From an uncultured Clostridia bacterium (GTDB lineage Bacteria; Bacillota; Clostridia; TANB77; CAG-508): a stretch of DNA of 59,344 nt. The position numbers and the translations under genes were made by a program. The stretch is from assembly GCA_934132805.1 (NCBI GenBank), contig CAKPAB010000002.1, positions 1 to 59,344 on the forward strand, read 5' to 3'. The first letter of the stretch is position 1, and every line of letters starts with the position of its first letter. This document shows positions 38,917 through 47,801 of this stretch, piece by piece. Below the pieces are notes generated by a model that searched no databases, was not told where the DNA came from, and saw only the letters and a program-made list of their open reading frames with translations.

Positions 38917-39750
38917 ATGGAAAAATTGAAATTGAAAATTTCTAAAATGATAAAACAATTCAACACAATTTTAAAAAACAGTGGAGATGACCATGTAAGC
39001 GAATATTCAGCACAATGTTCATACTACACAATATTATCATTTATACCATTTATTATTTTACTAATAACACTAATACAATATACTAACATTCAGCAACAAA
39101 CACTGTTTGATGTAATATCAAAAATAATACCATCAAGTATGAATGAGTTTGTTATTGGGATAGTAAGAGAAGTATATTCAAAATCGATAGGAACAATATC
39201 AATATCAATTATATTTACATTGTGGTCTGCAGGAAAAGGCCTATTTGCATTAACAAAAGGCCTACATGCAGTATATAATACTGACGAAGAGAATGAAAAG
39301 TCAGTATTATATCTAAGAATAATGGCATTAATAGAAACAATAGTATTTATAGTATTAATAATGATAGGAATGGTATTGCTTGTATTTGGAAACAGTCTAA
39401 AATCACTAGCACAACAACATTTTGGAGCACTAGAAAACTTTAATACATTTTCACAAATAATAACCGAAATTAGTTTTATAATAGTAACATTTATAATATT
39501 TTTATTTTTATATAGATTTATGCCAAAACATAAAGTTACATTTAAAAGTCAAATTCCAGGCGCAATATTTGGAGCACTTGCACTTAATGTGATATCATTT
39601 GTATTTTCTAAATATTTAGATATTTTTAAGGGATTTTCCATAACATATGGAAGTTTAACCACTTTGATGCTTATTATGATGTGGACATATTCATGCTTTT
39701 ATTCATTGTTCTTAGGAGCAGAATTAAATAAAAGCATTCAAAAATTATAA
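38917..39750 (+). CDS. YihY/BrkB (ribonuclease BN-like) family membrane protein
   Basis: YSAQCSYYTILSFIPFIILL N-terminal signature and 6 TM segments. Confidence 0.75.
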   Translation: MEKLKLKISKMIKQFNTILKNSGDDHVSEYSAQCSYYTILSFIPFIILLITLIQYTNIQQQTLFDVISKIIPSSMNEFVIGIVREVYSKSIGTISISIIFTLWSAGKGLFALTKGLHAVYNTDEENEKSVLYLRIMALIETIVFIVLIMIGMVLLVFGNSLKSLAQQHFGALENFNTFSQIITEISFIIVTFIIFLFLYRFMPKHKVTFKSQIPGAIFGALALNVISFVFSKYLDIFKGFSITYGSLTTLMLIMMWTYSCFYSLFLGAELNKSIQKL

Positions 39751-39802
39751 GCATATACACCAATTTTGCATTATAACTATTAATTGCAAAAATAAAACTT
39801 AA

Positions 39803-40570
39803 TTAAAAATTAATTTTATATAAAGTAATAGACACATTATTTTTTGAAGAAGAAGCTACGACCTTGATATCAAAGCCAGTATTATTCTTAAGCTTTAAAT
39901 CATAACTACCATAGGCAACAGCAGCATCTTTACCTTGGGCAATATATGGAACTTTGTTACTATGTTCATGCCTCTCAGTAACACTCAAATTAGAAACATT
40001 TAGAGCAGCATTATATAAAGTAGTACTCACTTGACAATTACCGCCACCAAGCCCCTTTTTCTTATTACCATCTTTATCAAAAATATCAGCTTTTTGATAT
40101 CCTTTTGCAGAAGTCGAAGGACCAACAGTATTACAAAAAGAAAAAGTGGCACCATTTTTTATAATTGTATTATTTAACGTAGAGCATGTTATAGAAATAT
40201 TATTTTGCCTAGCGGAATCTTTATTATAAATTTTTGTAGAAAAAGAAGCAAGAACTTCTTCTTTTTTTTGTGTCTGCGTTTCAGATGGTGGCTGTGTTCC
40301 GGATGATGGTTGCACTTCAGATTGCGTATTTGAAGCAGAAGAATTATTTTCAATTTCATTATTTTCTGTTGATGAGTTATTAACCACGTTATTTTCTGAA
40401 TTTTCAGAAAAAGTATTATCTGTATTATTTTGTTGTTCATTTGCAGATATTTTACTTGCAGAATAGTTTGAATCACTCGAATTTTTATTCTTAAAAAAGA
40501 AATATATTCCTATTCCAATACATATAACAACTATAAGAATTACCCAAAACCATATTTTATTATTTTTCAT
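39803..40570 (-). CDS. VanW family protein
   Basis: N-terminal TM segment, low-complexity linker and a VanW domain (GATFSFCNTVGPSTSAKGYQKA...GGGNCQVSTTLYNAAL...ERHEHS). Start taken at MKNNKIWFWV (40570). This is the only minus-strand gene. Confidence 0.8.
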   Translation of the reverse strand: MKNNKIWFWVILIVVICIGIGIYFFFKNKNSSDSNYSASKISANEQQNNTDNTFSENSENNVVNNSSTENNEIENNSSASNTQSEVQPSSGTQPPSETQTQKKEEVLASFSTKIYNKDSARQNNISITCSTLNNTIIKNGATFSFCNTVGPSTSAKGYQKADIFDKDGNKKKGLGGGNCQVSTTLYNAALNVSNLSVTERHEHSNKVPYIAQGKDAAVAYGSYDLKLKNNTGFDIKVVASSSKNNVSITLYKINF

Positions 40571-40701
40571 TTTATCATGTTCCTTTCTAAAAATTAGTCT
40601 AACCAAAAAAAGTTATAAAATACAGAAAAATGAATATAATATAACATGTCCTTTTGACATTTTTAATAGATCTGCATATTTAAAGAAAGGAAGAAAAGTA
40701 A

Positions 40702-41571
40702 ATGAAAAATATAGATGAAATTTTAAGATATTTTCCAAATAAAATATATCAAATTTTTTTTAATTTATTTCAAGAGAATAATAAAATTATAGATGAATTA
40801 CAAGAAATTAGAATTAGGACAAATAGACCAGTAATTTTAAAATTACGTGAAAAAGACTTAATATTACAATATAATGTGCCACAAACAGAAATATTACAAA
40901 TAGTAGAAAGATTATGTGAAAACTCAATATATGCATATAAAAATCAAATATGTGAGGGGTTTATAACAATAAAAGGAGGACATCGTGTTGGATTAACAGG
41001 GACATGCGTTATAGAAAATGAAAAAATAGCGAATGTAAAGTACATATCAAGCTTAAATATACGAATAGCTAGAGAAGTTTTAAATTGTAGTACAAGAGTA
41101 CTAAGAGAAATAATAGACATAGAAAATAAATCAATATACAATACAATTTTAGTAGCTCCTCCAGGAAGAGGAAAAACTACGATGTTACGTGATGTTATAA
41201 GAAGATTGAGCAATGGCATTGAGGAGATAAATTTTAGAGGAAAAACCTGTGGTGTTGTAGATGAAAGAGGAGAAATTGCGTCTATGTATAAGGGTGTTCC
41301 TCAGAATGATGTTGGAATAAGAACAGATGTAATTGAGAATGTTAGTAAAAATCAAGGAATTCGTATGCTTGTAAGAACTATGGCACCTGAAATTGTTGCT
41401 TGTGATGAGATTGGGAGTAGCGATGATGTTGAAGCTATTCATTATGCGTTATATTCAGGTGTAAAAGGAATTTTTACGATGCATGGAAAGAATATTGAAG
41501 ATATAAAGAATAATAAGAAAATTTATGAATTAATAGAAAATAGAGAAATTCAAAAAATAGTATTCTTATAA
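40702..41571 (+). CDS. spoIIIAA: Stage III sporulation protein AA-like AAA+ ATPase (no spoIIIAB-AH downstream)
   Basis: ITIKGGHRVGLTG, NIRIAREV, Walker A PPGRGKTTMLRD, VVDERGEIA and Walker B VACDEIG, collinear with B. subtilis SpoIIIAA. Confidence 0.85.
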   Translation: MKNIDEILRYFPNKIYQIFFNLFQENNKIIDELQEIRIRTNRPVILKLREKDLILQYNVPQTEILQIVERLCENSIYAYKNQICEGFITIKGGHRVGLTGTCVIENEKIANVKYISSLNIRIAREVLNCSTRVLREIIDIENKSIYNTILVAPPGRGKTTMLRDVIRRLSNGIEEINFRGKTCGVVDERGEIASMYKGVPQNDVGIRTDVIENVSKNQGIRMLVRTMAPEIVACDEIGSSDDVEAIHYALYSGVKGIFTMHGKNIEDIKNNKKIYELIENREIQKIVFL

Positions 41572-41749
41572 TTTGAAAATCAATTTTAAGATAAGGAATA
41601 CAATGTATGCAAAATGTATATAAAAACATATGCAAAAAGCATAAGAAAAATGCTGGAAAGTATTGCAAAAGAAAATGTGGTATATTATAATATAATTGCA
41701 AATACGACATTTAATGTCATAAAAAGAGGTATCTACAAAGGAGGAAAAT

Positions 41750-41863
41750 ATGAAAAAGAGATATAACACAGGAATAACATTGGTGGCATTGGTTTTGACA
41801 ATCATTATTTTGTTGATATTAGCAGGAATATCAATATCAGCATTAACAAATACAGGAATATAA
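41750..41863 (+). pseudogene. Truncated pilin-like-leader gene fragment (37 codons)
   Basis: MKKRYNTGITLVALVLTIIILLILAGISISALTNTGI*. It has the same leader and hydrophobic helix as the RCC1 proteins at 42412 and 44325, and a strong RBS AAAGGAGG. The full-length paralogues continue (FARANDAKTK...) where this fragment stops. Confidence 0.6.
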
Positions 41864-41882
41864 AGATATACCATGCATTTAT

Positions 41883-42161
41883 ATGTATGGAGGTTATGAT
41901 GTTTTAAACAATGGATTCTTGAATGATTATAATTATGTAAGACAATTTGAAAAAGTTTATATAATGGATAAAAAGCTATTTTTACCAATTAAAGTAGAAG
42001 ATATTTTAAAAGAGGTAAATACAGATAATGGAATCATTTTTATAGATTACAAAGAAAAAATAAATAAAAGAGCAATGATGATAATAAATCAAATAGAAAA
42101 ATTTTCAAATTATGAAGAAATAATGCAAATAAATGATTTTTCAATATATAGAATATATTAA
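41883..42161 (+). CDS. Hypothetical 92-aa ORF (possibly the leftover 3' part of a degraded gene)
   Basis: ORF only; no RBS or motif recognised. Confidence 0.3.
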   Translation: MYGGYDVLNNGFLNDYNYVRQFEKVYIMDKKLFLPIKVEDILKEVNTDNGIIFIDYKEKINKRAMMIINQIEKFSNYEEIMQINDFSIYRIY

Positions 42162-42171
42162 GTTATAAACT

Positions 42172-42209
42172 AAAACCAACAAATACTGTAAAAGTAGGAG
42201 TTGGTTTTT
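42172..42209 (+). terminator. Candidate terminator
   Basis: Stem AAAACCAAC / GTTGGTTTT with an internally paired loop, followed by Ts. Confidence 0.5.
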
Positions 42210-42264
42210 ATATTACAAAAATATTTCAAATATTTTACAATTTTGTATCAAAATACCAAAAATA

Positions 42265-42294
42265 TTGATAAGTATATTAAGAGTATGATATACT
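42265..42294 (+). promoter_or_regulatory. Candidate sigma-A promoter of the first pilin-leader::RCC1 gene
   Basis: TTGATA (42265..42270), 18-nt spacer, TGaTATACT (TATACT at 42289..42294). A leader of about 115 nt follows. Confidence 0.4.
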
Positions 42295-42790
42295 CTAATC
42301 ACAAGAAAAGAGGGGTGATACATATGAAAAATATAAAATTAAACATAAAAAATTAAATATAATCAAAAATTATTTTAAAGTTTAATATTATTTATATCAG
42401 GAGGTTAGCAAATGAATAAAAAAATAGAAATACAAAATAATGAAAAAATATTAAAAAATAAAAAAGGTATAACACTAATCGCATTAGTAATCACAATTAT
42501 TATATTGCTAATACTAGCAGGAATAAGCATATCAGCATTAACACATACAGGAATATTTGCAAGAGCAAATGATGCAAAAACAAAAACAGCAATGTCGCAA
42601 GAAGATGAAAGTGTAAAAATGGCAGTATCAAGTGCGTTAATAGAAGGAGAAGGAGAATTAACAACAAAAAATTTACAAGATGCATTTACAAAAAGCAATT
42701 TAAATGGATCATTAACAGGAAATGGACCATGGACATATACAGGTGAATATGGCGAATACGATATAGAAAAAAATGGAAATTTAACAGCTA
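42290..42790 (+). repeat. Shared 5' module (leader + first ~125 codons), copy 1
   Basis: Near-identical to 44107..44703, apart from a ~100-bp insertion in copy 2 and a few substitutions. Confidence 0.85.
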
Positions 42791-44097
42791 ACGGAAAAGA
42801 CGAAAGCACAAATGACGAAGTAGTAAAAGTAATGGGAAATTATGGAGTTACTAAAAAAGAAAAAATTGTTTCATTGATATTTAACAACGAAGAAACAAAC
42901 ACGTGGAAGGAAGTAAATATTGGACAAGAAATAACTGAAATAGGGACTGTAAAAAAGATGTATCAAGAAGGAAGTTCATATTATGTAATAAACACCAAAG
43001 GAGATGTCTATGCATGGGGATTGAACTTTAGCGGAAGACTAGGGATTGGAAATATGGACGACCAAGAGTCACCTAAAAAGATAAGTGAGTTATCAAATGT
43101 TGAGGATATATATACAAGTAATTATACAAGATTTGCAAAAACAACAACAGGAGATGTATATGCGTGGGGAGACAATGGCAGTAACCAACTAGGAATAGGA
43201 AATGAAGATGATCAATATTCACCGGTAAAAATAACAAACTTACCAAAAGTAGATAAAATATATGCAGAGGAATCTAACACATATGCTATAACAACAGCAC
43301 ATGAAATATATGTGTGGGGAGCCAATTATTCTGGCCAATTAGGAATAGGAAATACAGAAAATCAGAATGCGCCAGTAAAAATAACAAATTTAACAAATAT
43401 AGATGAAATATATGTGAATAGATCTAATGCATATGCTAAAACAACAACAGGAGAAGTCTATGCATGGGGATATAATAACTATGGCCAATTAGGAATAGGA
43501 AATACAGAAAATCAGAATGCACCAGTAAAAATAACAAATTTAACAAATATAGATGAAATATATGCAAATGGATCTAATGCATATGCTAAAACAACAACAG
43601 GAGAAATGTATGCATGGGGATATAATAACTATGGCCAATTAGGAATAGGAAATACAGAAAACCAGAGTACACCAGTAAAAATGAATACAATAAAAAACAT
43701 AAAATATTTAAGCGGAGGAAATAGCATTAGTGCAATAACAGAGACAGGAGAAATATATGTATGGGGAAATAATGAAAATGGACAGCTAGGAATAGGAAGT
43801 ACAGAAAACCAAAGTACACCAGTAAAAAGGGATACAGTAAATAATGTTGAAGAAATGTTATTTTTATCTACAGAAGGAGTTGACTATATAAAAACAACAG
43901 CAGGAGACATATACTTGTGGGATGGTGACGATAGTGAGTTAGGAATAGAAGATACATCAGGAAATAATAAACCAATATCTTGGAATAATCAAAAAATAAC
44001 GAATATATATTCAAACAAGGAATTAGCAGGAAATAGCAATATTATATGGACAAATGATGGAAAAATATATAGATACTATTATGGAGAGCCAATGTAG
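42412..44097 (+). CDS. Prepilin-like N-terminal leader/helix fused to a 7-blade RCC1-repeat beta-propeller (561 aa)
   Basis: N-terminus MNKKIEIQNNEKILKNKKG|ITLIALVITIIILLILAGISI (type IV pilin-like, but Ala instead of Glu at +5). Seven units of the form YAWGxNxxGQLGIGNxxxQxxPVKI. Confidence 0.8.
   Translation: MNKKIEIQNNEKILKNKKGITLIALVITIIILLILAGISISALTHTGIFARANDAKTKTAMSQEDESVKMAVSSALIEGEGELTTKNLQDAFTKSNLNGSLTGNGPWTYTGEYGEYDIEKNGNLTANGKDESTNDEVVKVMGNYGVTKKEKIVSLIFNNEETNTWKEVNIGQEITEIGTVKKMYQEGSSYYVINTKGDVYAWGLNFSGRLGIGNMDDQESPKKISELSNVEDIYTSNYTRFAKTTTGDVYAWGDNGSNQLGIGNEDDQYSPVKITNLPKVDKIYAEESNTYAITTAHEIYVWGANYSGQLGIGNTENQNAPVKITNLTNIDEIYVNRSNAYAKTTTGEVYAWGYNNYGQLGIGNTENQNAPVKITNLTNIDEIYANGSNAYAKTTTGEMYAWGYNNYGQLGIGNTENQSTPVKMNTIKNIKYLSGGNSISAITETGEIYVWGNNENGQLGIGSTENQSTPVKRDTVNNVEEMLFLSTEGVDYIKTTAGDIYLWDGDDSELGIEDTSGNNKPISWNNQKITNIYSNKELAGNSNIIWTNDGKIYRYYYGEPM
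43332..43631 (+). repeat. Two near-identical 150-bp tandem units (RCC1 blades) in gene 1
   Basis: TGGCCAATTAGGAATAGGAAATACAGAAAATCAGAATGC... recurs at 43332, 43482 and 43632, a period of 150 bp. Confidence 0.85.
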
Positions 44098-44106
44098 ATT
44101 AATCAC

Positions 44107-44703
44107 ATACTCTAATCACAAGAAAGGGTGATACATATGAAAAAGATGTACGTTAGAACTCTTGGGGCTGTAGAGAGAGCGCGCACGCTACACTTTAGAA
44201 AGCTATAAAAAAGCGTACAGCGTAATAGAGCTAAGAAAACTGATAATATAAAATTAAACATAAAAATAAATATAATCAAAAATTATTTTAAAGTTTAATA
44301 TTATTTATACTAGGAGGTTAGCAGATGAATAAAAAAATAGAAATAAAAAATAATGAAAAAATATTTAAAAATAAAAAAGGTATAACACTAATAGCATTAG
44401 TAATCACGATTATTATATTGCTAATACTAGCAGGAATAAGCATATCAGCATTAACACATACAGGAATATTTGCAAGAGCAAATGATGCAAAAACAAAAAC
44501 AGCAATGTCGCAAGAAGATGAAAGTGTAAAAATGGCAGTATCAAGTGCGTTAATAGAAGGAGAAGGAGAATTAACAACAGAAAATTTACAAGATGCATTT
44601 ACAAAAAGCAATCTAAATGGTCCATTAACAGGAAATGGACCATGGACATATACAGGGGATTATGGTGAATATGAGATAGAAAAAAATGGCAATATAACAA
44701 CAA
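44107..44703 (+). repeat. Shared 5' module, copy 2 (carries the 44145..44246 insertion)
   Basis: Aligned by eye to 42290..42790. Confidence 0.85.
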
Positions 44704-46163
44704 CTGCTAAAGGAACAGATGATAAAGTTATAAGCTTGATAGGAGGCTATGGAATTACAGAAAGCAAAAAACTTGTAGAAATAGGAAAACCCCGCATGGA
44801 GCCTCTTACTTGGGGAGAAACTGAAATTGGGGAAGAAATATCTGAAGTAGGAAAAATAAAAGAGATGTATGACAATAATCAAAGCTGGTATGTAATTAAT
44901 AGTAATGGAGAAATATATGCATGGGGATATAATTTTAACGGACAATTGGGAATAGGAAATACAGAATACCAAAGCACACCAGTAAAAATAGAAGGACTAA
45001 AAGATGTAGAAAAAATATATGTTAATGATGATACAGTATATGCGAAGACAACGAATAAAGAAATATATGCATGGGGGAATAATGATAATGGACAATTAGG
45101 AATAGAAAATATAGAATACCAAAGCACACCAGCAAAAATAGGTGGATTAACAAATGTAGAGGAAATATATATGTGTTTTGATAGTATATATGTCCAAACA
45201 ACAAATAAAGAAATATACGCATGGGGAAAGAACAACAATGCACAATTAGGAATAGGAAATACAGAAAAACAAAGTGTGCCAGTAAAAATAGAAGGATTAA
45301 CAAACGTAAAAGAAATATATGCTGAAAATTCTTCTATATATGCCCAAATGACAAATGGAGAAGTATATGCATGGGGAAACAATAGTTATGGACAATTAGG
45401 TATAGGAAATACAACAAATCAAAGTAGGCCAGTAAAAATAGAAGGATTAACAAACGTAAAAGAAATATATGCTGAAAATTCTTCTATATATGCCCAAATG
45501 ACAAATGGAGAAATATATGTATGGGGAAACAATAATGATGGACAATTAGGCATAGGAAATACAACAAATCAAAGTAGGCCAGTAAAAATAGAAGGACTAA
45601 CAAATGTAGAACAAATATATATGGGGTTTATTACAGTATATGCTAAAACAACAGGTGGAGAAGTATATGCATGGGGATGGAATTCTGGTGGAAAATTAGG
45701 AATAGGAAACACCGAAAACCAAAGTGCACCAGTAAAAATAGAAGGTTTAGAAAATGTAGATGAAATATATATTTATAATAATAGCATATATGCTAAAATG
45801 ACAAATGGAGAAATGTATGCATGGGGAAGAAATGATGAAGGACAATTAGGCATAGGAAATACAACAGATCAAATTATACCAGTAAAAATAGAGGGGATAA
45901 CAAATCTGGATGAAATATATACTGGTTATAATCTATATGTTAAAACAACAGATGGGAAAATGTATGCATGGGGAAGAAATGGCGAAGGACAATTAGGAAT
46001 AGGAAACACCGAAAACCAAAGTGCACCAGTAAAGATAGAAGGATATGGCAATACACAAAAAGTGAATAAATTTTATATTAGCGGCGGTAGTCAAACTACA
46101 ATAAATATTCTTACAAAAGATGGAAAAATATATACATGGTTATCAGACATGAGACCTATTTAA
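44325..46163 (+). CDS. Prepilin-like N-terminal leader/helix fused to an 8-9-blade RCC1-repeat beta-propeller (612 aa), paralogue of 42412..44097
   Basis: The first ~118 residues are nearly identical to the upstream paralogue. RCC1 units of the form YAWGNNxxGQLGIGNTxxQSxPVKIEGL. Confidence 0.8.
   Translation: MNKKIEIKNNEKIFKNKKGITLIALVITIIILLILAGISISALTHTGIFARANDAKTKTAMSQEDESVKMAVSSALIEGEGELTTENLQDAFTKSNLNGPLTGNGPWTYTGDYGEYEIEKNGNITTTAKGTDDKVISLIGGYGITESKKLVEIGKPRMEPLTWGETEIGEEISEVGKIKEMYDNNQSWYVINSNGEIYAWGYNFNGQLGIGNTEYQSTPVKIEGLKDVEKIYVNDDTVYAKTTNKEIYAWGNNDNGQLGIENIEYQSTPAKIGGLTNVEEIYMCFDSIYVQTTNKEIYAWGKNNNAQLGIGNTEKQSVPVKIEGLTNVKEIYAENSSIYAQMTNGEVYAWGNNSYGQLGIGNTTNQSRPVKIEGLTNVKEIYAENSSIYAQMTNGEIYVWGNNNDGQLGIGNTTNQSRPVKIEGLTNVEQIYMGFITVYAKTTGGEVYAWGWNSGGKLGIGNTENQSAPVKIEGLENVDEIYIYNNSIYAKMTNGEMYAWGRNDEGQLGIGNTTDQIIPVKIEGITNLDEIYTGYNLYVKTTDGKMYAWGRNGEGQLGIGNTENQSAPVKIEGYGNTQKVNKFYISGGSQTTINILTKDGKIYTWLSDMRPI
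45241..45540 (+). repeat. Near-identical 150-bp tandem units (RCC1 blades) in gene 2
   Basis: GACAATTAGG recurs at 45391 and 45541. An ~82-bp stretch (AGTAAAAATAGAAGGATTAACAAACGTAAAAGAAATATATGCTGAAAATTC...) is identical at 45281 and 45431. Confidence 0.85.
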
Positions 46164-46182
46164 TGAACTTTAAAGTTATTAC

Positions 46183-46212
46183 AAAAAGCGAATTTTATAC
46201 AATTCGCTTTTT
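46183..46212 (+). terminator. Rho-independent terminator
   Basis: Stem AAAAAGCGAATT / AATTCGCTTTTT with a 6-nt loop and a T-run. Confidence 0.8.
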
Positions 46213-46339
46213 ATTTGGCACTTACCAAAAAAGTATAAATTAATATCCAGTAAATTTAAATTTGACTTATTATTCTAATAGCCTAGATTTTATAAACAAG
46301 AAGTGATATAATAGCAAAAAACAAAAGAAGGTAATAAAA

Positions 46340-47782
46340 ATGAAAAAAATAAACGGAACAATAATGCAATATTTCGAATGGTACATGGAAAGCAACCAAA
46401 CACTATGGAAACAAGTAAAAAAAGAAGCAGAAAAACTAGCAAAAATAGGAGTAACAGCCATGTGGCTACCACCAGCATACAAAGGAGCAGGAGGAAAAGA
46501 CGAAGTAGGATATGGAGTATATGACGTATACGATTTAGGCGAATTCGACCAAAAAGGAACAATAAAAACAAAATATGGCTCAAAAGAAGAATATCTAGAA
46601 GCAATAATAGCATTAAAACAAGCAGGAATAGAAAGTTATGCAGACATCGTCCTAAATCACAAAATGGGAGCAGACGCCCTACAAACAATACCAGCAACAA
46701 AAGTCGACTGGTCAAACCACAATATAGAAACATCACAAAAAGAAACAGTACAAGTAGCAACTAAATTCACATTTCCAGGAAGAAAACACAAATATTCAGA
46801 CTTCGAATGGAACTGGACAGACTTTGACGGAATAGACTATAATAATAAAACAGGAGAAAATGCAATATTCAAATTTATCAATAAAAAATGGGGAGAAGAA
46901 GTTGACGAAGAATATGGAAACTTTGACTATTTAATGGGAGCAGATTTAGACTTTTCAAACCCAAGAGTAGTAAAAGAATGCATTGATTGGGGAAAATGGT
47001 ACTTAGACATAACAAAAGTAGATGGTTTTAGATTAGACGCAGTAAAACATATAGATGCTGATTTCTATGAAAAATGGATACAAACATTAAGAAAAGAAAG
47101 CAAAAAAGAACTATTCGCAGTAGGGGAATATTGGTCAGCAGATGTAAACAAACTACACAAATACATAACAGAAACAGAAGGAAAAATATCATTATTTGAT
47201 GTACCATTACACTATAATTTTTACACAGCATCAAATGAGCCAAATTACAACATGTCACAAATATTAGATCATACACTAGTAAAAGAAAATTCATGCATGG
47301 CAGTAACATTTGTAGACAACCATGACACACAGCCAGGCCAGGCATTACAAAGCTATGTTCAAGAATGGTTTAAGCCAATAGCATATTCAATTATATTGTT
47401 AAGAAACGAGGGATACCCATGTGTATTCTATGGTGACTATTATGGAATACCACATGACAAAATACAACCTGATAAAAATCTACAAACATTAATGATAATA
47501 AGAAAAGACAAGTCATATGGTTTACAACATGACTATTTTGACAATAATAATTATATAGGATGGACTCAAGAAGGAGACGATGAACACATAAATTCAGGAA
47601 TAGCAGTAGTAATTTCTAATGCAGGAGATGGATATAAAAGAATGTATGTTGGAAACCAAAACATAGGAGAAACATATATAGATGGACTCGGAAACTGTGA
47701 AGAAGAAGTTACTATAGAAGAAGACGGATGTGGAAACTTTGGAGTCAAATCAAGAAGTGTATCTGTCTGGATAAAAAAATAA
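46340..47782 (+). CDS. Alpha-amylase, GH13 (no signal peptide, so probably cytoplasmic)
   Basis: NGTIMQYFEWY, DIVLNH, GFRLDAVKHI, EYW and FVDNHD conserved regions. Confidence 0.9.
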   Translation: MKKINGTIMQYFEWYMESNQTLWKQVKKEAEKLAKIGVTAMWLPPAYKGAGGKDEVGYGVYDVYDLGEFDQKGTIKTKYGSKEEYLEAIIALKQAGIESYADIVLNHKMGADALQTIPATKVDWSNHNIETSQKETVQVATKFTFPGRKHKYSDFEWNWTDFDGIDYNNKTGENAIFKFINKKWGEEVDEEYGNFDYLMGADLDFSNPRVVKECIDWGKWYLDITKVDGFRLDAVKHIDADFYEKWIQTLRKESKKELFAVGEYWSADVNKLHKYITETEGKISLFDVPLHYNFYTASNEPNYNMSQILDHTLVKENSCMAVTFVDNHDTQPGQALQSYVQEWFKPIAYSIILLRNEGYPCVFYGDYYGIPHDKIQPDKNLQTLMIIRKDKSYGLQHDYFDNNNYIGWTQEGDDEHINSGIAVVISNAGDGYKRMYVGNQNIGETYIDGLGNCEEEVTIEEDGCGNFGVKSRSVSVWIKK

Positions 47783-47801
47783 TATAAAAAAGGAGAGACA
47801 A

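Noticed and set aside
41572-42411. Search for spoIIIAB-AH or pilus-assembly genes downstream of spoIIIAA.
   Set aside because: Only a 37-codon pilin-leader fragment and a 92-aa orphan ORF are present. No membrane-protein ORFs of the expected sizes occur on either strand.
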